A DNA stretch of 63,177 nucleotides, filler included, from Saprolegnia diclina VS20 (taxonomy: Eukaryota): NCBI RefSeq assembly GCF_000281045.1. It is 5 parts of 5 records of this genome, joined end to end, with 100 filler letters (N's around TTAATTAATTAA, not from the genome) between each part and the next. Parts side by side here need not be neighbours in the genome. Positions count along the whole stretch, not along the records: positions 47,979 to 60,183 come from NW_008246272.1; positions 60,284 to 63,177 come from NW_008246273.1; 3 more parts are not named here. The stretch is one strand, 5' to 3'. The notes below the pieces were generated by a model. It was not told the DNA's origin. It saw only the letters and a list, made by a program, of their open reading frames with translations, and ran no database searches. Of this stretch, positions 51,721 through 63,177 are shown in pieces. How positions within the stretch are numbered: position 1 is the stretch's first letter; every line of letters begins with the position of its first letter. The position numbers were made by a program, and so were the translations under genes.

Positions 51721-52811
51721 GCCGACAATAATGTCATCAACTACAAACACACATTGTCATTATACTATGTTCAGACGTCGCCACGCCGCGTGTGCAAGCA
51801 TCTCGTCCAGCTTTTCATTGCTCCGACGACGCACTCAATAATCGGTCCCGCAAAGTGGCCGTTGACGAAGCACGGCCGCTCAATTGTGTCGTCACGAGGG
51901 TTAGGGGTCCAACGGATGCGCGTCGAGGTATAGGTCCTGCAGACAAGAAAACCGACGTGGACCCAGACGTAGACGCAAACGTAGACCCAGACGTAGACCT
52001 GTGGAGTGGGTCGGCTGATAGTCGACGGCGCCGAGCAATCGGGGAGCGGCTGCAACCAAGTGAAGTTCGCTAGACACAAGGATATGCAAAGGAATCTCAA
52101 CCGTGAACCCACGGACGCCCTTGGATGTCGCGTCACACTTCTCCGGATGACGTAGACTGGAGACCACAAGCTTTTTCCGCGTGTCGGCACGGCTTCTGCA
52201 AGGCGTGCATCGGTCGACGCCAACGATTGGCCGGGCTCTCGACCAGCTTTGGGACAGCTGTTTCCGACTGGCCACTCATTCGCCGCCGCCGCGCGCCATC
52301 ACGCGCCACACGCAAGCGCGGCGTGCCGTGCTGCGTAGAGCCCGTCCAAGGCGCGTTGCCTCGCACGCGACGCCGTGCGCCAGCTCTGTCGGAACCACCG
52401 CGCCACTTGGGACAGCCGTGGGATATGCAGTGAGTCACGATGGTGGCATAAATCCAGCCACGCGTGTCGCGTCCATGCTTCCGCAGCGTCATCGCCAGAG
52501 GTCTGTGGGTCGGGTTCGACGAGGCGGCCGCTCCCCGTTTGGCGTGACGGGCGCTCGCACGCCGGAGCCAACCGCGTACATGTATAGAGAGCGCCTGAAA
52601 TTTGGCGCGGCGTCGGCGATGGTGGTACCCACGTGACTTTGACGTCACAGCGGTCGACCACGACGTCAGCATACAAACCGCAAGATGTAAAGCAGGAGGT
52701 CTGCGAAAGAAAGCAAGCCACGTGGTGCGCCTCTATGACGGATGGCTAAACGCTCCATGACGACGTAATCGCCCAAGGTCCGTGGTGGTGGTGGACACTT
52801 GCGCATTTGCT

Positions 52812-55378
52812 ATGTTTCGGCTTCGTCGGCAACTCCCGTCCGTGGCCCGCCGCTGGTATTCGGAGAGTACGCCGATCTATGCTTCCATCATCTCGACAAA
52901 GCTCATGCGCGATCCTTTGTAGCGCACAAGGTCAACGACCGCGTCATCGTGCTCTCGAACGATGCGACGTCGCACCAGACACCCGTGCTTCTCGGCCTCA
53001 TGAATACACTCGCCATCAAATACCACTCGGTCGGCTACTTTCGGCCGATCGCACCACCGCTGGGATCGGACCACCACGTCGAGCTCTTCAAGTCGGAGCT
53101 CAAGCTGCCCGAGACTTACGAGCAGCTCGTGGGTCTTCACCACGACGACGTGGTGAACGCGCGCTTGACCGGCGACCTCGACATCATCACCGATACGATC
53201 GTGGCCAAATTCGAAGCGCTTCGCGCCAAGCACGACTTTGTCGTTATCGAAGGCGCAACGTTCGAGTCGGCGCCGGAGCTCGCTTGGGACATCAACGTCG
53301 AGCTCGCCAAGACGCTCGGCGCACCCGTGCTCCTCACCAACGACTTTTGCGACCTTCCCGACACGCAGCGCATTGAAGATGCGATCGCGACGCGTGTGCT
53401 CCTGGGCAAGGACGCGGTCGACGCGGCGGGCCTCACGTACATTGGCTCGATTGCGAATCGCGTGCGCAGCTCGACGCCGCTCGAGACGCGCAAGCGGGTG
53501 CAAGATCTGTTGCGGGAGAAGGGCGCGGCCGACCCGACGATCTTTCTCGGGGCGCTCCCGCTCGACTCGATTCTTGCATCCAAGCGCTTGAACGAGGTCG
53601 TTGCGCAGCTGCAGGCGACGCAGCTCTATGGCCCGGCGTCGCCCAACAGTGTTGTCGTCACCGACGGCCTCATTGGCACAAGCGACCTGAAGGAGCTTTT
53701 TGGTCATCTCAAGGCCCACGATGACGGTCTTCTTGTGATCACGTCGGCCGACCGCACGGGTACGCAGCTGACGACAAGCGATTGCTTGCGGTTTCTTATC
53801 GGGCTTCCCCTGTATAGATGTCGTGCTGGGACTTTTGGCGAGCCGTGCGTCCGGTGCCCTTCCCAACGTCGCCGGTGTCATTTTGACGAATGGCTCCTAC
53901 CCGCAAGACCACGTCAAGGACATTCTCGACGGCAGTAGGACATTTCACAACCAAATGTGGCGATGACAAATCACAAAATTCGCTTTTCTAGTGGCCAAGA
54001 TCGACAACGCGACGATCCCGATATACACGGTCGAGGGCGACGCGTACAAGACGGCGAACGCGCTGAGCCGCGTCACGTGCGATATTCTGCCCACAAGTCA
54101 AACCAAGATCCAGCAGTCCAACATTCTGTATGCAACGACCTGCACTCTGTACTGGATCTGATCTGATTGTGGACAATATGTCTAGCTTTGACAAATTCGT
54201 GTCGCGGAGTGCGCTCATGGACACAGTGTGCCAAGCTGTCAAGAGCACGAAGCGGACGCCCAAGCAGTTCAAGCACTTTCTCTTCTCCAAGGCGCGCAAG
54301 GTCCAGCAGCACATTGTGCTCACCGAAGGCGAAGACGACCGTATTCTTCAGGCCGCCGATGAAGTCCTCCGGCGCGACATTGCCAAGATCACGATCCTCG
54401 GTGACGTCGACTCGATCGCGGCGCGCGCCAAGACGCTCCGACTCGACTTGTCGGCGGCGTCCATCATCGATCCGTCCAAGGCGGCGGACCTCGACCTCCT
54501 CGCCGCACGCTTCTACGAGAAGCGCAAGGTCAAGGGCGTCTCTCTCGAATTTGCCCGCGAGTCGGCGTCCGAAGCGGTACGCTTCTTGATTCGTCCTGGA
54601 TTATTTGGCTCACCGTACTGCTATGTGTAGACGTGCTATGGTACGCTCATGGTGGAGATGGGTCTGGCCGACGGGATGGTCTCGGGTGCCTGCCACACGA
54701 CGGCCAACACGGTGCGCCCGGCGCTCCAGCTCATCAAGACGCGCCCCGACCGCCCGCTCGTCTCGAGTATCTTCTTCATGTGCCTCGAAGACGACGTGGT
54801 CGTGTATGGCGACTGCGCCATCAACACAGACCCGACGGCCGAGGACCTCGCCAACATTGCGGTGCAAAGCGCCGAGTCGGCTCGGGCGTTCGGCATGGAA
54901 CCCCGTGTCGCGCTCCTCTCGTATGCAACCGGCGACTCGAACAAGGGACCGATCATCGACAAGGGTACGTCGTCCTGTCTACTGCAGGAATACGCATGCT
55001 GATATGTCGATATTAGTGCGGGAAGCCACCAAGCTCGCGCAAAAGATGGCGCCCGAGATCCCCATGTACGGCCCGATCCAGTACGACGCGGCCATGAACC
55101 CGCTCATCGCCAAGCAAAAGGTCAAGGGTCTCAAGAAGACCGAGATGGAAGTCGCGGGCAACGCCAACGTGCTCATCTTCCCGGATCTCAACACGGGCAA
55201 CAACACGTACAAGGCGGTGCAGCAGTCGACCAACTGCCTTGCGATGGGCCCGATGCTGCAGGGCCTCAACAAGCCCGTCAACGACCTCAGCCGCGGCGCG
55301 ACGGTCGGCGACATTGTCACAACGATCGCCATCACGGCGATCCAGGCCCATCAGATGAACGAAGCGGCCTCAACCTAA
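52812..55378 (+). CDS. pta: Phosphate acetyltransferase class II (long form), copy 2, complete, multi-exon
   Basis: Exon 1 [65 protein letters not shown]. Intron positions shared with copy 1. Confidence 0.96.
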
Positions 55379-55939
55379 GTTAATATGACACCAACACTTT
55401 TGTGAAAGTAGACAGTATTCTGAGTGGATTCGTATCTCTTGTCAAGACGCACCCGAGCCGCCGCCTGCGCAGCCACGGCCCGGTGAGCGAATGAAAAAGG
55501 AGATGGCTAGTCTCTACGTATGCGAAGTCGTTGTGAAATGACGATAACACGAAATACCACGAAATACGTTCATATATGTGCACTCGTATTCGAAACTTTC
55601 CGGCGCTAAATTGTGACCAGTGGATCGCGCGGCGCCAGAATCGCTATCGTGCGGTCGTCGGACCCGAGGCGACGCTTCCTATCATAGCGGCGCCGGAGAC
55701 AGCCGCAGCACAGACACAGCTGAAGCAGCAGCCACTGCCGACCCGTGTAGAGAAGGAAAAGGAGCGAGCCGACGAGCCGGTATACGTTGAAGGCGCCAAC
55801 TGCGATAAACAAACACGGCATGTAACCTAGAGATCGTCAGGGCAAGCCGCCGACGAGCGCTGCGTTCGAGACGAGCCACAGTGAGAGCAAATTTGACCGA
55901 AACGAGTCAAAGCCGACGCACCAGATCTAGGATCCCCCT

Positions 55940-57250
55940 TAGATCTTAGTCGAGGCCATAGAAGGACGCACCTGCAGTCGCGGCTGCTTGTTTCGCGCGG
56001 TCTTTGGCCGCCTTTGACGCGCCACAACGTCCTTGTTCTCGCCGTTCTTGTTGGCGTCCGAGCTGACGTCGTGGCTGCTATCGATGCCTTTGGTGCCCCA
56101 GCTCAAGTCTAGCAGGTTGCAAAACGAGTAGATGCTGAGCGTGTTCGATCGCGCAAACGTAGCATCATATCGCCACGTCGACCATAGTACAATCATGACG
56201 GGCAAGAGGAGCGAGTCCTGGACGAATGAGAGCATAATGTGATGGAGCTTGCAATGGCACGCGGCTGCGATAACGTAGACACCAAAGACAGCGATACCAA
56301 GGGCAATCTCTTTCGGCGACAGTGCCGCCGCCCCCGTGTGGACCAGCGTCAAGACGGACGTGGCTGTCGTCAGCACGACCAGCACCATGTAGTAGGCGCC
56401 AATCGCGCGGTACGTGCGTGCGACGTGTTTCGGTCTACAAGATATGCGCAATATTGTCATGATTCCACACGACAAAATCGTACCGGTTGCCCATGTCGAG
56501 GATGATCTGCACAAGAGCACCTCGTAACACATGAGCAAGGACGTAGTATGCAAGACAGCACACCGTGTACCTCAGGTCAACTTGGGTACAAAAGCCGTGG
56601 AAGAACCAGAAGAGCGAGTGAAGTTTCCCCGCGTTTTCCTCTTTTAGCGCAAAGTTGAAGGGGCGGCCTCGCATTCGAGTGCGTCCAGAGCTTGGTACCG
56701 GACGCCTCGGGCAGCAGAAGCGTCTTTTCAAAGAGGTGCAACGATGTGGTCAAGCCCGCCGACATGATGCGCAGCGTGTCCTCGTCGTAGACACCCGTCT
56801 CGCGCAGTTGGGTGAGCGTACTCGCCGAGGCTTTGGCGCGGCCGTCGCTGACAATGATGCACGTTTTGCCACGCGTCGTCGCCCGGAAGATTGTGTCGGC
56901 ACAAGTACGCGACGTTGTTGCCGACCTTGCGCAGCGTCGCCTCGATCTCGATCTCGTCGTACGTGGTGATGACGATGAGCATGCGGTGGCGGCGAAGGAC
57001 CTGCAGTTGATACCCGTCGCGCGAAAACTTGGACGGCGACCGCGTCAGAACGGGCGTGTAGTGCATATTCGTCTGCTCGGTCTCGTCCCTGCCAACCGAC
57101 GGTGCAGCCGACACTGTCGTTGGTATCGAATTGTCTTTCGATCGCCGCGGGGGTACGCGGGTCGGCCCTCGGGGCGCAGTTGCATCCACCACAATCCCTT
57201 CGGCCCAGCCGACGACAACGCTCGCTTTGGCGCGCAGCAGTCGCCGCACA
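55940..57250 (-). pseudogene. Chitin synthase (GT2) pseudogene, internally deleted
   Basis: MHYTP..IVITTYDE, LFE, FALKEENAGKLHSLFWFF and YSFCNLLDLSWGTKG in shifting frames. I did not find the EDR/QRRRW catalytic core. Confidence 0.8.
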
Positions 57251-57579
57251 GCAACATCGACTTCGATGGCCGGGACCGCGTCGAGGTCTTCTGCCGCACT
57301 AGTACGACCATTCTTTTATCCAGATGCTATCGACACAGGACAATCTAGGTACCCAAGGACGCGATCGGCGACTTCCTCGTAGTGCTGCTGCCGTTTGGCG
57401 ACGACGCCTTGCTCGATGAGCCGAAACCCTTCCAGCGCATTCACGAGCTTGGCCGTGCCACCGAGCGCACTCATCGAGCTTGTGCGCGAGCAGCCGTTCT
57501 GGAAGGAAGGTCATGGATCAAACACTGACAGCGAAATACAATCGTCGATTTCTGAATCCATTCTTTCAAATCGGTCGCG

Positions 57580-59195
57580 CTATTCTGAGAGGGCGCAACA
57601 CGCTGGCATGGCCGACCCGTCGTCCCGGCTGCCGAGTCCGTTGGCGCGCATGACGTGGCTGAACCAGATGGCCGACGCTTTCGGGATGCGCTCCATCGTC
57701 TCGTAGTTGACCCAGTGGAGACCGAAGCGCTTGGTGTAGCCGCACGCCCACTCGTAGTTGTCGATGAACGACCACGCAAAGTACCCCCGGACGTCAACAC
57801 CCGTCTCATTGATGGCGCGGTGCACCTGGGCCAGGTACGCTTTGTAGTACGCGATGCGCGCCGTATCGTCGGTCGCTGTCTCCTTGTCCTTGTCGGCGAC
57901 CGCGCACCCATTCTCAAAAATGTAAATGCCGCCGGGCGGTGCATACCGCTTCTGGATCCAGTGCTAGTCGTAGAATAATGTGCGAACTGCTTGAAGCTGG
58001 ACGACACGTACCAAAAGGTTGTGAAAGCCGTAGGGCACAATGTTCCATCCAATGTCGGTCTGGGACCAGCTCGGGTCGGACGAAACGTCGACGGCCTGGT
58101 CGTCCCAGATGCAGCCATCGTAGCCCGGCAGTGTGTCGTAGCCTGCTCCTGGCTCGGCGTACTTGGAGGCATAACTGTTGATACCGAAAAAATCCACGCT
58201 GCCTAGAAACACAAGTGGAAATCATGGGCAAACGACGGGGTCGACGGAAGACATACCGCGCACCAGGTCCACTTGCGCAGGAGTAAAGCGCGGGAGGCGG
58301 TCGCCAAGGCGCGTCTTCATTGTCGCCGGGTAGTCGCCAAAGAAGATCGGGTCTGCAAACCAGCCAAGCTCAAAGAGCACTGAACGCTCGGCGGCCTCTG
58401 CGTTGCGCGCAAACGTCGCCGCGTCGTCCGATGGCTTTGGCTCGCGCCATTCGCAGTTGAGTGTGAGCCCGATCTTCCCGCCCTGGGCTGCCTGAAACAC
58501 CGTGCGGTAGACGTGCACAGCGTGCGCGTGCGCCAGAAGCAGGTGATGCGCTAGCATCGCATTCATAAGCTCCATTTCAATCGATCGATCAGATCAAATT
58601 GTATACCCGCCGTGTACGTCTCGGTCTTGCACTTGTGCTTGCGGCCCGGCGCCATGTCGCCGGTGCCATGCCCGAGCAACGCCGAGCACCACGGCTCGTT
58701 GAGCGTCAGCCACTGCTTGACGCGGTCACCAAACCGCTCAAAGCAGAGGCGCGCATAGGCGGCAAATGCGTCGATCACCACTTGGCCGCCAAGCCAGCCA
58801 TCAAACTCGGTTTGCAGCGCCAGCGGGAGGTCCCAGTGGTACAATGTCACGATCGGAGTGATGCCATGCGCCAACAGCTCGTCAATGAGGTTGCTGTAGA
58901 ACGCAATGCCTTCCTCGTTGATATGGTCCGTGCGGCCCGTCGGGAGGATACGCGGCCACGAGATGGAGAAGCGGTAGTGCTTCAGGCCCATGTTGGCCAT
59001 GAGCTGGACGTCTTCCTTGTAGAGGTGGTAGTGGTCCACCGCCTTGTCGCCGGTGTCGCCGTTGAGAGTTTTGCCGGGCGTCTTGGAGAAGGCATCCCAG
59101 ATGCTGAGGCCGCGGCCGCCTTCGTCAGCGGCGCCTTCGACCTGGTACGCGGCGGTGGCGGCGCCCCAGACAAAGCCGTCCGGGAACGTCAGCAT
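57580..59195 (-). CDS. Glycoside hydrolase family 1 beta-glucosidase, multi-exon
   Basis: [36 protein letters not shown], acid/base TLNEP, nucleophile IYIFENG, AWSFIDNYEW..KRFGL. Confidence 0.93.
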
Positions 59196-59853
59196 TTTCG
59201 TTTTTTGATTGTGGTCATCCGGATGGCGTTGTGTCATATTCCGGTTACGAGACGTTGAAGTTGGCGCATGATGTGCTAACGCAGGAGGGTGCGATTGCGG
59301 ACGGGGGTGTTTGCTCTACCAACGTACTTCACGTCATCGACCTACTCTTGCCCACGTCAAGCGAGCTATCAGAGTTTGCATCATGGTCAACACGTGACGA
59401 CCTCGGGCATGGCGACCGTCGGGCAGCCCGACTACCGGCAGCTGGCATGGGAGGTATGTATGGGGTTCCCACCATTGTGTAGGTTGTGTGCCACCAAGGA
59501 ATCTGCCGGCATCCGAGCTTGACGGCGGATTGTCAAGGGCCTAGGGTGAAAGAAGAGGCGCGACGTGGCGTGTCGGGTGGGCTCGGAGCGATAGAAACGT
59601 TGATGTAGCGCAAGCATGATCGCCATCATGGATGACTCGCAGGCCATCCAGCCCGTGGATTGCACGAAACACTAGCTTGTACCATAGAATACCGAAATCA
59701 AGCTGGTTGAAGTTGCCTTGGTAATGACGCTTGGCCACATCAAGCATCGACGGATGTCCTCCATTCTGCGTGTGGTCCTGTCTCTGGCTCACCACTGGTG
59801 TCATTTCGTTCTTCACTTTTTCACTTGCCTCATCAAGCACCAACGCGAACACC

Positions 59854-60183
59854 ATGCCTATGCTTCAATTCCCTGACGGCTTTGCCTGGGGCGCCGCCAC
59901 CGCCGCGTACCAGGTCGAAGGCGCCGCTGACGAAGGCGGCCGCGGCCTCAGCATCTGGGACGCCTTCTCCAAGACGCCCGGCAAAACTCTCAACGGCGAC
60001 ACCGGCGACAAGGCGGTGGACCACTACCACCTCTACAAGGAGAACGCTCGGCGGCCTCTGCGTTGCGCGCGAACGTCGCCGCGTCGTCCGATGGCTTTGG
60101 CTCGCGCCATTCGCAGTTGAGTGTGAGCCCGATCTTCCCGCCCTGGGCTGCCTGAAACACCGTGCGGTAGACGTGCACAGCGT
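59854..60183 (+). pseudogene. Second GH1 5' fragment, inverted relative to the first and chimeric at the contig end
   Basis: [28 protein letters not shown], then at about 60043 it switches to a same-strand copy of 58383-58523. Confidence 0.65.
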
Positions 60184-60282
60184 NNNNNNNNNNNNNNNNN
60201 NNNNNNNNNNNNNNNNNNNNNNNNNNNTTAATTAATTAANNNNNNNNNNNNNNNNNNNNNNNNNNNNNNNNNNNNNNNNNNN

Positions 60283-63177
60283 NTAGCGCTCACACTGCAC
60301 GGTGGTACCACCTCCCACTTGCTGTTTAAGATTCCTATAGCCGCTTCACGAACATGCGCGTTCTTGGAAACGATGCGCTGTTTACTTCCATGCTGGCGTG
60401 ATTATCCTCTTACTTCGCATTACGCTTATCAACAACGGTCCGCACAACACGCCGTCATTCCCACTTAAAAGTTTCCTGTGTGTCTTGCATTTGCAATGAC
60501 TATTAGTGAGTCCCAAGGTCAGACAGTCCGTCGCGTTAGTGTTTGGCCATAAAAGACTGTCATGACCATTGCGATGTTGGCACAGATTTTTGCATACTGA
60601 TTTAGATTATAATCCTAAACAATACAACAATGACTGAATTCTGCAGTCCTATCGAAAAGCTTCTAACATCGTTGAGTAACTGGCTGCACGTTTAATACTA
60701 CCGCATTACACCATATACTCTCGCACGACACTAACTACTAAATCATAGCAAGTTCTTAGTTTTTGATTTTTTTGCAAATGTGGCCGTAGTACTTTTGTGC
60801 TTACCAAAGCTGCATATGTATGTGCTTATCATTCTAGTATTCGATCAGCCATCTAGATGTCCATACGTTGTGCCATATGGTAGAGCTTTTTGCAAAAACA
60901 AAAGTGCCATAAAATTCGCTAGGCTCGTTTTCACAACTGTGTGGCTTCGCTGTTTGTCGGCTGAGAACACCTGCCGAACGTCAGGTATAAGCAAATCGGC
61001 AAAGAAGGTCAGTCAACTCGAGAGAAATCGTCGGCAGATTATAGCGTTTCCCTTTAATTTGACTGACTACATTTCGATAACAGTTTTAGAGCAATGCCCG
61101 GGACGAAGCATTGCGAGATCGGAACACTAGAAGCACGGGAACAGAGTAAACACAAAATATGTATTGCGTCTTCAACCAAGTCCGGTCACAATGCAGGCCT
61201 TAACACAGTAACGTCAAACGTTTCACCTAGTTGTGACAGGAACCAACGCGGTACGCCCGTGCTGTGCTTGTTGTGCTGCTACGCTCCTGATTTGGCTCCG
61301 CATCCAGACAGTACAAGCTGGTTGCCTTCAAAAAAGGTGTGCAAGAATCATTTCACACATACTAGTATGGCTACAACAGCTCGCGAAAAGTGCGATATGG
61401 AAATTGCGATGATACAAAACTGAAACCCGTACAAATATTCGCATAAGTTTATTGTTTTTACGTTATGAGCTTTCCGACGCCGATGACAATTTTTTAACTC
61501 CTTTTTTCCGCTGCATCTTAAGTCAATATGCAAGGCCTCCATCTAAGAATATTTTGCACCAATTGCTTGTCGTAATTTTAAACATGTTATTCGGCGAGTT
61601 ATCCCGGTAGAAACGGTGACGTAAAGTACCAGCTTATCAGGGGATTTATTCGTATTTCCTGGCCAACTTATTCGCTATAATTGCAACTATTCTGGCCAAA
61701 CAAACGCAGCTCCATTAGTGTAAGTATCTTACATCACGCGGAGCATGTCCAGTAAAGTGCAATTTTGAAGTCCCCGTTAAGTGCTGTTACATGTCAAACA
61801 TCTTACTTGATTTAGTATCCATCAAGTACGACGCACCTAGAAGAGCAAGTTTTACAAGGTTACAAGGTTTTTCCGCTCCCAATCAAAATGTGGCCGCATT
61901 TAGACTGCAGAAGCNNNNNNNNNNNNNNNNNNNNNNNNNNNNNNNNNNNNNNNNNNNNNNNNNNNNNNNNNNNNNNNNNNNNNNNNNNNNNNNNNNNNNN
62001 NNNNNNNNNNNNNNTGCTGTTTAAGATTCCTATAGCCGCTTCACGAACATGCGTGTTATTAGTAACGATGCGCCGTTTACTGCACTGCTACGTTCCGTCG
62101 CCGGTGCGCTTGCTGACGTGATTGTCCTCTTACTTCGCATCACGCTTATCAACATCGGTTCGCACGCTGTCATCCCCGCTAAAACGTTTCCTGTTTGTCT
62201 TGCATTTGCAATTACTATTAGTGAGTCCCAAGGTCACGGTCCGTCGCGTTAGTATTTACGTTCCAGAACATGTTCTCGCTTCATGGCATTTCAACGTTGT
62301 AATGTCACGCGTACAGGCACGCGCCAACATCCGAATCTTTGATCTGTACTCGTAATACAATTTCGACGGCCGTAGGTACAACAAAACTCCATTTCTAACG
62401 TGGTTTTTGACGGAATCATATAATACAACGATAAGCACTACTACACTCACTCTAGTCCTTCCATACTAGGGCAAAAGCATCGGGTATGCAATCATGCTGT
62501 TTTGTCACTTTGCATGTATAGAGTGGTAAAGACGGAAGCACTATCTTCTCGAAAGCAACAGGAAAGTAGTATCCTTGAACGTGCGGGCTCCGGCTAGTTT
62601 CATATTGTCCAAACTAGCAAAGGCGTTCCATGTGTCGTCCCAGCCGTTTGAATGACATATCCTCGTTTCCAAAGCGCGACGCACTAAAAGCCAGAGTTGC
62701 CCATGTTTTGTCGCTGTAAAACAAAAACCGACGTAGTCGGAGAATTGCAAGTTGAAGAAAAATACCCCGAGCATCGTTGGGTAACCTGCGTTTGGCAGCT
62801 TTTTTTGGAGCATAAACATGTCGTTGGGCCACTTGGCCTTGTCCATGGTTTCCAATTGAGCCACATAGGCGCCGCACATCTTCAAGGCGCTGCACATACC
62901 TCTCTAGCCTTGAGGTTGGGACGTCTGAGCGCGAAAGACTTAACGGCAGGGCCATCAATTAATATCCATTTCGTCACTCACGCCAATCAATTGGCTGGCA
63001 TTTTATCGCAACAAGATCGTCGCAGAGAAAATATTACTCCCGAAAAAAACTACCTGTTGGCATATCTGCTGTTTTTCACCTATTGGAAACATGCGCGGTT
63101 GATTTAGTTTACATCAAGTACGACGCACCTAGAAGAGCAAGTTTTACAAGGTTACAAGGTTTTTCCGCTCCCAATCA
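60283..63177 (+). mobile_element. Two tandem, internally deleted Helitron helicase remnants
   Basis: 60285-60540 encodes ALTLHGGTTSHLLFKIPI (PIF1 motif Ia region) then LLRITL..FPVCLAFAMTISESQGQTV. Second copy at 62015-62345. 61820-61885 is repeated at 63112-63177. Confidence 0.75.

Noticed and set aside
51955..52000. 12-bp GACGTAGACCCA-type tandem repeat
   Set aside because: Short minisatellite with no supported gene or function.
47979..55378. Bacterial contamination as the source of pta, ackA (and hslU)
   Set aside because: All carry spliceosomal GT-AG introns and host-like codon usage, and the pta and hslU genes have targeting-like N-termini.
60043..60183. Inverted GH1 segment fused to the second GH1 5' end
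   Set aside because: Nearly identical to 58383-58523 and abuts a gap. More likely misassembly than a programmed inversion.

Overview
Eukaryotic draft-assembly window with several N gaps, four of them carrying an artificial TTAATTAATTAA linker. It is GC-rich with very short GT-AG introns. Gene content (oomycete-type chitin synthase remnant, TKL kinases, Crinkler-type NTPase/nuclease genes, Pta/Ack) points to an oomycete, probably Saprolegniales (inference). Conserved genes: long-chain acyl-CoA synthetase, insulysin, full-size PDR/ABCG transporter, double CW-finger protein, mitochondrial-type HslU, NSE1, RBBP4/MSI1 and a GH1 beta-glucosidase. Most notable is a pta<- ackA-> pta-> cluster of bacterial-type acetate-pathway genes. 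Both Pta copies have mitochondrial-type presequences, the Ack has none, and the pta copies show patchy gene conversion. The accessory region (28.8-47.9 kb) holds a head-to-head pair of CRN-like NTPase+REase genes and a segmental duplication with an ankyrin gene built from one 99-nt exon per repeat. That gene has a variable exon count and a hydrophobic 11-aa-repeat exon. Comparing the duplicates also reveals two insertion elements. Decayed Helitron remnants lie at about 12.8-16.3 kb and 60.3-63.2 kb. The 6.4-11.2 kb interval could not be interpreted.
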